64,000 nucleotides of DNA from NCBI GenBank assembly GCA_018062815.1, contig JAGORM010000001.1:16301-80300 (forward strand). The letters are read 5' to 3'. How positions within the stretch are numbered: the first letter of the stretch is position 1; each line of letters starts with the position of its first letter. Shown piece by piece: positions 51,910-62,260 of the stretch. The position numbers and the translations under genes are program-made. This DNA comes from Candidatus Levyibacteriota bacterium (GTDB taxonomy: Bacteria > Patescibacteriota > Microgenomatia > Levybacterales > GWA1-39-11). The notes beneath the pieces were generated by a model. That model worked only from the letters and a program-made list of their open reading frames with translations, had not been told where the DNA came from and did not search any database.

Positions 51910-53286
51910 TTATAGCATAAACAATAATATGGATCCTGACACTATAAAAAGAATTGAAATAGATGTCAAGAAAATACTTTGGCTTACACTTCCTGTTGGT
52001 GGTAGAGTTTGGGTTGGGGTAGTAGTTATTATTGTGGCTATAGTTGGCGTTGGTGTAGGGATTTGTGTGGGTGTTAAAATTGGAGTAACGGAAGCTGTAG
52101 GCGTAGGAATTGTTGTAGCAGTTACAATCGTAGGGAGAGCAGTAGGTGTAGGCGCAATGGTTTGAGTAGGTGTAGGTTTTGCGGATGGCGTTGCGTTTTC
52201 TGCTATCTGTGACCCAGATGCAAGAATCGTGAACGTATTTGTTACAGTTTTTGTTGCACCGTTTACATCAATAGCTTGAAGTTTTATCGCATATTCTCCT
52301 TGTGGTAGTGAAACAGCTGGTCTATATGCCCAGTTTCCATTCGGATCAGTTCTAACCTGCACATCTATTAAATCAGGTTCTGTAAATAAAGTTACTAATG
52401 AGTTTGGGAGTGCAGTGCCTCTGAATTGAGGTTTATCATCAGTGTATGTCTGCCCATTTTTAGGTGAAATAATTAAAGTTTGCATCGTTTTTTTACCGGT
52501 TGGGATTGCAAGAAGGCTTGATTTAGAGCTTGGGTTTTCTGTTTCATTGCTGGCTATAAAGGAGTAATTACTAGACAATGTGATCGTAGGTATCTCTGAT
52601 GATGGGGAGTATGTATATACTATCTTTGATGTGAGCTCCCCTTTTTTTGCTGAAAGATTAATATTTGTATTTGGTACGATCGTTAGTATTTGGTTGTGTG
52701 AAGTATTTCTTATAAGGTATGTGGGTATCGAATATTTTCCTTCAGAGTTTGTAACGGCAGATATTGGGGCAGCATTTGGTATTTTTATATCCAATAAAAC
52801 ATCATCTGCATCTTCTCCGTTTGGCATAATAACTTTTCCTGAAAGTGCATACATGTTTCCTGAAGAAGGTGCATCTCCATTAGCAGTTGTTGCAGTATAA
52901 AAATTTCCATTGTCAGTATATTCATCTCCATTTGATAGAAGTACAAATTCATACTTTGTATTTGGTTTCAGGTTTGTAATTGTTATGAAATGATTTATGT
53001 ACGCATGATTCCCTTGGTTATCTCTAGCATCAAACGCAATAGAAGGAGAATCAGGGTTATTGATTTTTACTGCGGATAATGTAGGGTCGAGTGTGGTAAA
53101 AGTAACGGTAAATGAACTGTTTGTGATATTTGATACGGATACATTTTGTGGTTCTTCATTCGGAGTTGCCTGGCTTGAAGTGAATACTCCAATTTGTACC
53201 AAGAAAGCGGTTACAAAAAGTCCTGAAATTAGTATTATGATTGCAAAAACTGTAGGAATTCTTTTTTGGAATAAACTTCTTTTCAT
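51910..53286 (-). CDS. Surface protein with Ig/FN3-like beta domains, a Thr/Pro-rich linker and a C-terminal LPPTG sorting-signal-like motif + TM
   Basis: Signal peptide. ...TPTPTIATIITTTPTQTLPPTGSVSQSIFLTSISILFIVSGSILLFML at the C-terminus. Confidence 0.55.
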   Translation of the reverse strand: MKRSLFQKRIPTVFAIIILISGLFVTAFLVQIGVFTSSQATPNEEPQNVSVSNITNSSFTVTFTTLDPTLSAVKINNPDSPSIAFDARDNQGNHAYINHFITITNLKPNTKYEFVLLSNGDEYTDNGNFYTATTANGDAPSSGNMYALSGKVIMPNGEDADDVLLDIKIPNAAPISAVTNSEGKYSIPTYLIRNTSHNQILTIVPNTNINLSAKKGELTSKIVYTYSPSSEIPTITLSSNYSFIASNETENPSSKSSLLAIPTGKKTMQTLIISPKNGQTYTDDKPQFRGTALPNSLVTLFTEPDLIDVQVRTDPNGNWAYRPAVSLPQGEYAIKLQAIDVNGATKTVTNTFTILASGSQIAENATPSAKPTPTQTIAPTPTALPTIVTATTIPTPTASVTPILTPTQIPTPTPTIATIITTTPTQTLPPTGSVSQSIFLTSISILFIVSGSILLFML

Positions 53287-53291
53287 AAAAT

Positions 53292-53630
53292 TTATATTTC
53301 TGGTATAGATATTTCATTCGTATTATCTATGGCCCTTGTAGGCGTTGGTAATATTATTGATTGTGACTGGGTAGGCGTAGGTAAAAGAGGGGTAGGTGTC
53401 GGTTGTGCGCTTTGTGTGGCAATATCTTGACCTAAGTCCACCTGTATTTGAAGTCGTGATTTAAGACTATCAATAGTTTGATTATTAAAGTTAGGAGAGA
53501 TAGGAATAATCTGTTCGGTTACATTACTATTAATTGATGATCCGTTAAAGATACTGTAAATAGTCAATGATATCCAAACGAGTACTACAAATGTTGTAAA
53601 AGCCGCAAGATAGGCTAAATTTTTTAACAT
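53292..53630 (-). CDS. Small single-TM protein with a Pro/Thr-rich tail (112 aa)
   Basis: ORF track; TM AYLAAFTTFVVLVWISLTIYSIF. Confidence 0.35.
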   Translation of the reverse strand: MLKNLAYLAAFTTFVVLVWISLTIYSIFNGSSINSNVTEQIIPISPNFNNQTIDSLKSRLQIQVDLGQDIATQSAQPTPTPLLPTPTQSQSIILPTPTRAIDNTNEISIPEI

Positions 53631-53636
53631 ATATGT

Positions 53637-54242
53637 TTATTCTTTTGCAAAATACGCTTTACCCGAAAACGACAACTCTAATTGTCCTTTATCTGTTTTC
53701 CCGGTCGTAATTTTTTGAATACTGATAATTCTTTGGAAATTTGTTACATTTTCGATAAATGTATTAACATTTTGTTCACCGCCTGTTACTTCAACCGTTA
53801 TTGTATATCCATATAATTTCCCACCCGCGTCTTGTGGGTAATATTGAAGAGGAGATACGGTTAACGCTCTCAACTCCACCTGATTTTTAGAAGCGAGCGT
53901 TTCTACTTGTCGAGTGAGTGTTGGGATATCGGGAGTTATTGGGATTGCATTATAGACCATTGGTAGGTCTGGTTTGATTTGTGAATATTCAGAATCAAGG
54001 TTGTGAAGCGCTGCAAGCTTTTTTTGTAGCGCATTATAGACGCTTTTATTATCCTCGAGCTTTTTTTGTAGATTGGTAATGGTAGAAATTGCTGGTCTAA
54101 GAATAAAAAATCCAAAGAAGGACACAGAAAAAAGAGTAAACACTATGTATAAATAGGCACCTGTTTCCTTTTTAGTTTTTACACGTAAGAATTCCTGACG
54201 TAACCAATACACTGGTTGTTTCTTTTTTGATTCTGTGTTCAT
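53637..54242 (-). CDS. PilO-like pilus assembly protein
   Basis: Short cytoplasmic N-terminus, a single TM, a coiled coil, then an alpha/beta domain. Overlaps the upstream PilN-like gene. Confidence 0.4.
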   Translation of the reverse strand: MNTESKKKQPVYWLRQEFLRVKTKKETGAYLYIVFTLFSVSFFGFFILRPAISTITNLQKKLEDNKSVYNALQKKLAALHNLDSEYSQIKPDLPMVYNAIPITPDIPTLTRQVETLASKNQVELRALTVSPLQYYPQDAGGKLYGYTITVEVTGGEQNVNTFIENVTNFQRIISIQKITTGKTDKGQLELSFSGKAYFAKE

Positions 54243-54793
54243 AGTGAAATGTCTGTTTGTTGTAATGTTGTAATTAATTTAAATCTAATTCCCTGATCAA
54301 GGCTCGTTAACTCCTCAATTGATATAGAAATAACGGATGGATTTTTCTTTAACTTGTCAATTAATGTATTAAGTGTAAATATGGAGTAGGTCTGACCATC
54401 AATTGCGATTGTTGTATCAGAAACATTTAAATTGCTTGTTAAAAATTCAGAAGTATTAAGATAGCTTACTAATTCACTTAAAAAGACTACCTTTTTTTGT
54501 GTATCTGTTTCAATAGTTTTGATAGTAGATAATCTGTTTTGAAGATTTCTATATTTTTTTTCATTTACTGCCTGAGCTTCTACAAAAATTTGTGATTTTC
54601 GTATCTGGTCGTTAAGATCAACTATCTGTCGATCAATAATAAATCTATAACCTAATGCAGCAAGTGTTAAAAGTTCAACTCCAACTATGATAACGCGCCC
54701 AGTGTTGATGGTCCATCTGATGAATATACTAGAAGTTGAATCGGTATCTTTTCTGCCAAGATTAATAGATAGGCGCTGTGCGTCATTTTGCAT
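54239..54793 (-). CDS. PilN-like pilus assembly protein
   Basis: N-terminal INLGRK (compared with the INLLP PilM-binding motif), a single TM, then coiled-coil periplasmic region. Confidence 0.45.
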   Translation of the reverse strand: MQNDAQRLSINLGRKDTDSTSSIFIRWTINTGRVIIVGVELLTLAALGYRFIIDRQIVDLNDQIRKSQIFVEAQAVNEKKYRNLQNRLSTIKTIETDTQKKVVFLSELVSYLNTSEFLTSNLNVSDTTIAIDGQTYSIFTLNTLIDKLKKNPSVISISIEELTSLDQGIRFKLITTLQQTDISL

Positions 54794-54855
54794 AGTTTAA
54801 GTGTAATGCGTTTTTGCTTGTTTGTCAAAGAAGTGAAGATTGGTTTTGAGAAGAA

Positions 54856-55170
54856 CTATTTACTCTTTTTTGAGGCCACTTTCTTAACTGTAGGCTTTGC
54901 TTTTTGAGCTAATGATGCTTTTTTTGTTTTTTCTATGACTACGCCATTTTTTGTAACTAAAGCTGACTTAATTCTTGAACCCTTATTTTTATGAATCAAA
55001 TGTTTTTTTACAGCTTTGTCGATTACCGAAAAAGCACTGGAAATGTCTTTATCGCTTTTAGATTTTTTTGCAACCCTAATGGCTGTTTCAAGCTTATTAC
55101 GAAAAAGTCCGTTTTCAATAGCAACTTTTTTGTCTCTTCTTAGTTTTTTTATCGCTGATTTTATAACTGG
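54856..55170 (-). CDS. rpsT: 30S ribosomal protein S20 (start moved to MPVIKSAIKK)
   Basis: MPVIKSAIKKLRRDKKVAIENGLFRNKLETAIR...KHLIHKNKGSRIKSAL matches S20. Confidence 0.8.
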   Translation of the reverse strand, partial: PVIKSAIKKLRRDKKVAIENGLFRNKLETAIRVAKKSKSDKDISSAFSVIDKAVKKHLIHKNKGSRIKSALVTKNGVVIEKTKKASLAQKAKPTVKKVASKKSK

Positions 55171-55334
55171 CATAATTAAATAATAGTTCCTTGGAAACCT
55201 TGTTTTCCTAAAGACAGACAATATTGTACCATGCTATACTTGAAAAATAAAGCCCAGGTGGGATTTTTTTAGTTTTGCCGCAAGCGGTGATTTACAGTAG
55301 CAAACGTTAGGTTTAAGTTTATTAAGATAGAAAA

Positions 55335-56978
55335 ATGAAAGAAATCTTTCAAAAAAGCATAAATGCGCTAATTTCAAAACAGACAAATATTTTTTCCGCT
55401 GCTCTTTTTATTATTCTAACTACGATAATATCTCAATTATTAGGACTTTTTAAATATAGAATACTCGTTTCTTTATTTGGTGCGTCAACAGAGCTTGGTG
55501 TTTTCTTTGCAGCCTTCAGGGTTCCGGACTTTATCTTTCAAGTTGTTATAGCGGGTGCGTTGTCAACATCATTTATACCTGTATTTACAGAATATGTGAC
55601 TCACGGAAAGAGGCGGGAAGCAGACTCTTTCACTTCATCACTTCTTACAATCGGTGTGATTTTCTATGTTTTGGTAAGTATCATAGTTATTTTATTCTCT
55701 TATCAGCTTGCGGAATTGGTTGCTCCGGGTTTTTCTCCTCACGAGCTTAGGTTGATGGCACAGTTCATGATTATTATTCAACTAGCTCAAATGTTTTTTA
55801 TTTTGGGTACAGTTGCAACAGCCGTTCTTCAATCTTTGCAGCATTTTTTGATTCCAGGCATAGCAACAGCAGCATACAATCTAGGAATTATTCTAGGGCT
55901 TGTAGTTTTCGTTCCTTTTATAGGTTTTTATTCAGCTACTGTTGGTGTAGTCATAGGTTCTGTTTTGTTCTTTGTAGTACAGCTTCCCCTTTTAATTCAC
56001 TCAGGATTTGTTTATAAGCCAACAATAGATTTAAAGAACGGCACATTAAAAGTCATTCATCTGATGGTACCTAGATCTGCGACTTTGATTGTAACCCAGC
56101 TTGCGATAACTGGTAATGTTTTTTTTGCATCATTTTTAGGTGCAAGAAGTTTAGTTGTTTTTGATTTAGCCCAAACTCTTGTTATGGCACCTGTATTATT
56201 ATTTGGTCAGTCAATAGCGCAAGCATCATTCCCTGCTTTATCTCAGAAAAAAAATGATAAAAAAACATTTGATTCAATTTTTGTATCCTCATTTAATCAA
56301 ATATTGTATTTAACGCTTCCACTGTCTGTTTTATTTATAGTTTTAAGAATTCCACTAATTAGACTTTTTTTTGGTGCTTCTCGCTTTGATTGGACTGCAA
56401 CGGTAGATACAGGAAGAACACTTGCGTATTTCTCAGTGTCTATTGCGGCACAGTCCTTAATATACTTATTGGCAAGAGGATTTTATGCTCATAAAGACAC
56501 AAAAACACCCTTATTTGTAACGATTTTTGCTGTTGTTATAAACATAAGCATTTCATATGTTTTTGTACTCATCTATCATCTTCCCATATTTTTCCTTGCT
56601 TTTGCATTCTCGATTTCAAACATACTTGCGTGTATTATTCTTTTCTTATTGTTAGACAAAAAAATACATTTGCCCAAAAGAAGCATTATTATAACAAGCA
56701 CAAAAATTTTATTTGCTACTTTGATTATGGGAGTTGCTTTGTATATTCCAATAAAGCTTCTTGATCAATTGGTTTTTGATACTACAAAAACAATTAATCT
56801 GATTCTCTTAACAGGTATCGCGTCTTCTGCCGGGTTAATCACCTACATATTTTTTACATGGTTATTTAATATTCAGGAAGCAAGATATGTCATAGAGGTA
56901 GTAAAGAAATTTAAAAATGGGAAAAAATTATTGCAAGACATGGGAGAATTAATAAATGGGCCTAAGCCTACCTTGTAG
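55335..56978 (+). CDS. murJ: Lipid II flippase MurJ/MviN
   Basis: FFAAFRVPDFIFQVVIAGALSTSFIPVFTEY and about 14 TM helices. Confidence 0.85.
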   Translation: MKEIFQKSINALISKQTNIFSAALFIILTTIISQLLGLFKYRILVSLFGASTELGVFFAAFRVPDFIFQVVIAGALSTSFIPVFTEYVTHGKRREADSFTSSLLTIGVIFYVLVSIIVILFSYQLAELVAPGFSPHELRLMAQFMIIIQLAQMFFILGTVATAVLQSLQHFLIPGIATAAYNLGIILGLVVFVPFIGFYSATVGVVIGSVLFFVVQLPLLIHSGFVYKPTIDLKNGTLKVIHLMVPRSATLIVTQLAITGNVFFASFLGARSLVVFDLAQTLVMAPVLLFGQSIAQASFPALSQKKNDKKTFDSIFVSSFNQILYLTLPLSVLFIVLRIPLIRLFFGASRFDWTATVDTGRTLAYFSVSIAAQSLIYLLARGFYAHKDTKTPLFVTIFAVVINISISYVFVLIYHLPIFFLAFAFSISNILACIILFLLLDKKIHLPKRSIIITSTKILFATLIMGVALYIPIKLLDQLVFDTTKTINLILLTGIASSAGLITYIFFTWLFNIQEARYVIEVVKKFKNGKKLLQDMGELINGPKPTL

Positions 56979-57056
56979 GTGTATGTATTTTTTAAATAAT
57001 GTTTTTACTTTTTATAGCACACAAGAATAATCCTCTTTTTCTTTTTATAAACAACA

Positions 57057-58484
57057 ATGGAAGATAGATTACGTCATAAATGTGGTGTATTTGGTGTGTT
57101 TGGTGAAGGACTTAACGTGTCTAAAATAACGTATTTTGGTTTGTATGCGTTGCAGCACAGAGGTCAGGAGAGTTCCGGGATTGCAGTTTCTAATGGTAAA
57201 AAAATTTCGTTTCATAAGGGGGCAGGTTTAGTAGCCCAAACATATACTGAGCAGGTATTAAAAAAATTAAAAGGGAATATTGCAATTGGCCATAACAGGT
57301 ATTCCACATCAGGAGGGATTTATGGTGCACATATGCAGCCGGTTTGTATAAAGGGAGACTTGTTGGCAGTAGCACATAATGGAAATCTTCCGGTTTTGGA
57401 AAAATTAGAAAAGTTTTTGATTTCAAAGGGGTTAAAAACGCATGGACATAATGATTCAGAGCTTATGCATATGGCAATTTCTTATTACCTTAAAGAGGGG
57501 GAAAGTATTGAGAATGCCGTACGATTTTCATTCCCTTTGTTTACAGGATCTTTTTGTCTTCTTATTATGACAAAGGACAAATTAGTTGCAGTAAGAGATA
57601 CGTATGGGATTCGTCCCTTATCTTTAGGTAAAATTAAAGGAGGCTATGTTGTATCTTCTGAAACATGTGCAATTGATACGGTATCCGCAGAATATCTACG
57701 AGAAGTTAATCCAGGAGAAATGGTTGTTATTTCTCAAGCAGGCTTACGCTCATACACCCTTGAAAAGGCAACACAGAAGCTTGATATTTTTGAGCTTGTG
57801 TATTTCGCAAGGCCAGATAGCATGATACTAGGTAAGAGTGTGCACAACATAAGAAGAAGATTGGGACAAGAATTGGCTCGAGAAGTAAAGATTGATGCAG
57901 ATGTTGTTATTCCGGTTCCGGATTCTGCGATACCTGCTGCCATAGGATATGCTGAAGCATTAGGTATTCCGTTTGATTTTGGTCTAGTTAAAAATAGATA
58001 CATTGGAAGAACATTTATATTGCCTGAGCAAATACTTAGGGAGAACAGTGTTCAGATGAAGCTGAATCCGATTCGCGAGATTATTTATGGGAAAAAGGTA
58101 GTTGTTGTGGACGACTCAATTGTAAGAGGTACTACTTTAAGAAAACTAGTTCATCTATTGAAGGCAACAGGGGCAAAGGAAGTGCATGTGTTAAGTAGCT
58201 CTCCTCCGGTAATGTTTCCTGATTTTTACGGTATTGATACTCCTGATCAGAAAGAGTTAATAGCATTTCATAAGACAATAAAACAAATAGAGAAATATAT
58301 CGGAGCAGACTCATTACATTATTTATCATATGATGGTCTTATTAGGGCAACTGATCTTCCTGAAAGCATGTTTTGTGTATCCTGCTTTACTGGTGAATAT
58401 CCAATTGATATCGGGGATAATCTAAAATCCATAGGCGTACCAAAAGCAACCGCTAAAAGGAAGGAAGTAAAAGCAAAACATTAA
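57057..58484 (+). CDS. purF: Amidophosphoribosyltransferase
   Basis: N-terminal nucleophile Cys in HKCGVFGVFGEG, plus the PRTase motif VVVVDDSIVRGTT. Confidence 0.9.
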   Translation: MEDRLRHKCGVFGVFGEGLNVSKITYFGLYALQHRGQESSGIAVSNGKKISFHKGAGLVAQTYTEQVLKKLKGNIAIGHNRYSTSGGIYGAHMQPVCIKGDLLAVAHNGNLPVLEKLEKFLISKGLKTHGHNDSELMHMAISYYLKEGESIENAVRFSFPLFTGSFCLLIMTKDKLVAVRDTYGIRPLSLGKIKGGYVVSSETCAIDTVSAEYLREVNPGEMVVISQAGLRSYTLEKATQKLDIFELVYFARPDSMILGKSVHNIRRRLGQELAREVKIDADVVIPVPDSAIPAAIGYAEALGIPFDFGLVKNRYIGRTFILPEQILRENSVQMKLNPIREIIYGKKVVVVDDSIVRGTTLRKLVHLLKATGAKEVHVLSSSPPVMFPDFYGIDTPDQKELIAFHKTIKQIEKYIGADSLHYLSYDGLIRATDLPESMFCVSCFTGEYPIDIGDNLKSIGVPKATAKRKEVKAKH

Positions 58485-58490
58485 TTTATC

Positions 58491-59090
58491 ATGAAAAAAC
58501 TTGTAATTCTAATCTCTAATACAGGTAAAGGAAGTAATTTGCGGTCGTTAATTGATGCATGTGCTAGCGGTTTACTGCAGGCTGAAATAATACAAGTAAT
58601 TTCTGATACGGAAAACGCGAACGGGCTTAGATATGCAAAAGAAAATAAAATTCCGTATAGTATTATTTTAAATAAAAATGAGTTATTGAATAAACTACAA
58701 GCGCTCTCACCTGATTTTATTTGTCTATCAGGTTGGAAGCAATTTATTTCAGAAGAAGTAATAAATGCATTTCAGGATAAAATTATTAATTTACATCCAG
58801 GAGTGATACCTGAAACCATAAACGGTGAGTATAAAAACCCTGATGGGACGAAAGCATTATGGAATAGGGGGAAATTAGCAAATATTGCAATCCAGAACGT
58901 ATTGACTGTTGGTGCAACATATGCTGGTTCGTCAATACATCGCTTAACCTACGAATTTGATTTTGGACCAGTTCTTGGAAGATGCTTTGAGAAGGTTCTA
59001 CCCGGGGATACAGTAGACTCATTGTACGCAAGGTTGAAGATGAAAGAAAACAAACTATATCAGGAGGTAATGATTCAATTATGTCAATAA
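58491..59090 (+). CDS. purN: Phosphoribosylglycinamide formyltransferase
   Basis: KLVILISNTGKGSNLRSLIDA ... INLHPGVIPE formyl-transferase motifs. Confidence 0.8.
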   Translation: MKKLVILISNTGKGSNLRSLIDACASGLLQAEIIQVISDTENANGLRYAKENKIPYSIILNKNELLNKLQALSPDFICLSGWKQFISEEVINAFQDKIINLHPGVIPETINGEYKNPDGTKALWNRGKLANIAIQNVLTVGATYAGSSIHRLTYEFDFGPVLGRCFEKVLPGDTVDSLYARLKMKENKLYQEVMIQLCQ

Positions 59091-60394
59091 AAAAAATTCT
59101 TATATTAGGCTCCGGTGGTCGTGAGCATGCGCTTGCAGACGCATATTCTAGAAATAAACACATAAGAAAGGTATATGTAGCGCCAGGAAATCCATTTATG
59201 AGTGTAAAAAACAAAAAAATCATTCCGCTTACAAACGTCGCAGCAAATAACTTTAAAGAGGTGCTTGGTGCGTGTAAAAATTACAAGATTGATCTTGTAG
59301 ATGTAGCTCAAGATGAGCCGATAGCGCTTGGTTTTATTGATCTTCTGAAGAAAGAAGGGGTGCTTTGTTTTGGACCATCACAGGCTGCTTCGGAAATTGA
59401 ATGGAATAAGGAATGGTCACGTTCTTTTATGAAAAAATATAATCTTCCGATTCCTCAATTTTCAACTTTTACAAATGAAGATGAGGCGATAGCATATATA
59501 ACCCAACAGAAGAATCAGCCGTTTTACATAAAAGCATCTGGTTTGGCCCAGGGAAAAGGAGCAATATTTGCAGACAATAAAAAAGAAGCAATCCAGGCTG
59601 TTTTGAAAATGAAGGAATTTGGTCAAGCAGGAGTGACGTTTCTAGTTGAGGAGTGTATGATTGGAGAGGAGTTTTCACTATTTGTAATTTGCGATGGGGA
59701 GGATTACCGAATAATTGGTGCGGCTCAGGATCACAAAACTGTCTTTAATAAAAACTTAGGGAATAACACGGGGGGTATGGGGTGTGTATTTCCCTCTACT
59801 TTGGTTGATAAAAAAATAATTCTTGAAACTGAAAAAAAGATTATAACCCCTTTTTTAAAAGGAATGGTTAAAGAAAAAAGAAAATATTCAGGAGTATTGT
59901 ATGTTGGTGGTATGATTACAAAAAAAGGAGTTAAGGTTGTAGAGTTTAATTCACGATGGGGAGATCCAGAGGCAGAAGTTATTCTACCTGCAATAAAAAC
60001 TGACTATCTAAAAATTGTTGAGAGTGTGCTTGATGGAAATTTGAAGAATCTCTCAGTCAAATTTGATAAAAATACGAGGGTAAGTGTTGCGGGATGTGCA
60101 TACGGGTATCCTGATAATTATAGTAGGGCAAGAGGTAAAAAGATATTAGGACTTGAAAAAAATATATCTGGAGTAAAAATATATGGGTCAGGAATAAACA
60201 AGAGAAAAAACAATTTTGTTGTATCAGGAGGTAGAATTTTTCACATAGTGGGTGTCGGGGAAAATATTACAGACGCAAGAAGAAAGGCATATGGAGCAAT
60301 AGCTGGTATTTATATCGAAGACAATAATTTACATTACAGGACTGATATTGGCTACAGAGAACTGGAAAGAGAAAATAAAAAAGAAAAAACATAA
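59081..60394 (+). CDS. purD: Phosphoribosylamine--glycine ligase
   Basis: KILILGSGGREHALADAY N-terminus and an ATP-grasp core. Confidence 0.9.
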   Translation: MSIKKILILGSGGREHALADAYSRNKHIRKVYVAPGNPFMSVKNKKIIPLTNVAANNFKEVLGACKNYKIDLVDVAQDEPIALGFIDLLKKEGVLCFGPSQAASEIEWNKEWSRSFMKKYNLPIPQFSTFTNEDEAIAYITQQKNQPFYIKASGLAQGKGAIFADNKKEAIQAVLKMKEFGQAGVTFLVEECMIGEEFSLFVICDGEDYRIIGAAQDHKTVFNKNLGNNTGGMGCVFPSTLVDKKIILETEKKIITPFLKGMVKEKRKYSGVLYVGGMITKKGVKVVEFNSRWGDPEAEVILPAIKTDYLKIVESVLDGNLKNLSVKFDKNTRVSVAGCAYGYPDNYSRARGKKILGLEKNISGVKIYGSGINKRKNNFVVSGGRIFHIVGVGENITDARRKAYGAIAGIYIEDNNLHYRTDIGYRELERENKKEKT

Positions 60395-60447
60395 GAATTT
60401 AAGCCTTATTTTCTCGTTGATTAAGTACTTCATGGTATAATCTTTGG

Positions 60448-62211
60448 ATGAATCAGGGAAACATTAGAAATTTTGCAATAATTGCTCATGTAGATCATGG
60501 AAAATCTACACTAGCTGATAGACTTCTTGTTTTGACAGACACAATTAGAAAAGAAGAAATTGGTGAGCAGTTTTTAGACTCTAGTCCGATTTCAAGAGAA
60601 AGAGGAATAACAATTAAGCTGGCTCCAGTTCGCATGAACTATAATTTGGATGGTAAAGATTATATTTTGGATTTGATAGATACTCCTGGACATGTTGATT
60701 TTTCATATGAAGTTGTTCGAACATTGTATGCCTGTGAAGGTGCAGTGTTATTAGTAGATGCTACAAAAGGGATTCAAGCACAGACAGTAGCAAACTTTAA
60801 CTATGCAAAAAAAATAGGACTTAAAGTAATACCAGTTATTAATAAGATTGACCTTCCCATGGCAAGAGTTGATGAAGTAGAGGATCACATGATTGAATCT
60901 TTAGGTTTTGAAAAATCTGAAATCCTTTATATATCTGCTAAAACTGGTGAAGGGGTAGAAGACTTACTAAAGGTAATTATAGAAAGAGTCCCTTCTCCTA
61001 CAGGGTCATCTGATGAGCCAACTCAAGCATATATTTTTGATTCAATATATGATGAGCACCGAGGTATTGTTATCTTTGTCCGAATTGAAAATGGGATCAT
61101 AAAAAAAGGTGATGAGATCGTTTTTTTATCAGATGATTCACGCGCTCAAGTTATGGATGTGGGGTTTATGAAGCCCACTTTTAATTCAAGTTCGGAGATT
61201 AGAAATGGTGAGGTGGGTTACGTTATAACCAATGTAAAAGATATAACCCAGGCAAAAGTTGGTGATACTATGACTACGGTTAAAAATCCAGGGAGTGCTC
61301 TGCCTGGGTTTTTACCTTTAAAGCCATTTGTTTACTTATCCATTTATCCATCTAGTAATAGTGAGTTCCAGGCTTTAAGGAAGGCAATTTACAAATTAAA
61401 ATTAAACGATGCAGCACTTACTATTTCTCCTGAGCACTCAACAATTTTTGGACCAGGTTTTAGGTGTGGTTTTTTAGGATTACTGCATTCACAAATAGTT
61501 ATAGAACGTCTTGAAAGAGAGGAAGGGATTGATGTTTTTACAGCTCCCCCAACAATAGAATATATGATTGATGGTAAATCCGTAACAAGCCCTAAAGATT
61601 TTGACAACGGAGCACAGACCATGTTGGAACCGTTTATTGATGGTGAAATTTACGCTCCCGCTCAATATTTAGGGAATTTGCTGGAAATAATAAACGGAAG
61701 ACGAGGACAGCAAAGTAATATTGAATATTTTGAGAAGTTGGTAAAGCTAACATTTGAGATGCCATTGGCAGCAGTTGTATATGACTTTTACGATAAGATA
61801 AAAAGTGCAAGTAGTGGTTTTGCTTCATTTGACTATGAGATAAAAGATTTCCGCACCTCAAAATTGGTAAGAGTAGATATATACGTAAATGAGCAGGTAA
61901 TCTCCGAACTATCATTCATAGTTCATAATTCCGAAGTTGAAATATTCAGCAGGAGAATTGTTGAAATTTTACGGGAAGCAATCCCAAAACACCAGTTTGT
62001 AATTGCAGTACGTGCGCAGGTGGGGGGGAAGGTTATTGCATCTGAAAAAATTTCAGCACTGTACAAAAATGTTCTTGCAAAAATGTCTGGTGGAGATAGA
62101 ACAAGAAAAGACAAGCTTTTAGAAGCGCAAAAAAAGGGAAAATCTAAAATGAAAACAATAGGGAGGGTAAGTATTCCGAAAGAAGCATTTCTTAGCGTAT
62201 TAAAGATTTAG
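60448..62211 (+). CDS. lepA: Elongation factor 4 (LepA)
   Basis: IRNFAIIAHVDHGKSTLADRLL G-domain and a LepA-specific C-terminal domain. Confidence 0.9.
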   Translation: MNQGNIRNFAIIAHVDHGKSTLADRLLVLTDTIRKEEIGEQFLDSSPISRERGITIKLAPVRMNYNLDGKDYILDLIDTPGHVDFSYEVVRTLYACEGAVLLVDATKGIQAQTVANFNYAKKIGLKVIPVINKIDLPMARVDEVEDHMIESLGFEKSEILYISAKTGEGVEDLLKVIIERVPSPTGSSDEPTQAYIFDSIYDEHRGIVIFVRIENGIIKKGDEIVFLSDDSRAQVMDVGFMKPTFNSSSEIRNGEVGYVITNVKDITQAKVGDTMTTVKNPGSALPGFLPLKPFVYLSIYPSSNSEFQALRKAIYKLKLNDAALTISPEHSTIFGPGFRCGFLGLLHSQIVIERLEREEGIDVFTAPPTIEYMIDGKSVTSPKDFDNGAQTMLEPFIDGEIYAPAQYLGNLLEIINGRRGQQSNIEYFEKLVKLTFEMPLAAVVYDFYDKIKSASSGFASFDYEIKDFRTSKLVRVDIYVNEQVISELSFIVHNSEVEIFSRRIVEILREAIPKHQFVIAVRAQVGGKVIASEKISALYKNVLAKMSGGDRTRKDKLLEAQKKGKSKMKTIGRVSIPKEAFLSVLKI

Positions 62212-62260
62212 ACTTTCTTTCAAGGCAACAGATTTTAGTTCTACAATTCTAAAGCTTTAA

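Noticed and set aside
51896-52165. 89-aa plus-strand ORF rich in GVGV repeats
   Set aside because: It is the antisense image of the Thr/Pro-rich (ACN/CCN) linker of the LPxTG-like gene, and is a repeat artefact rather than a gene.
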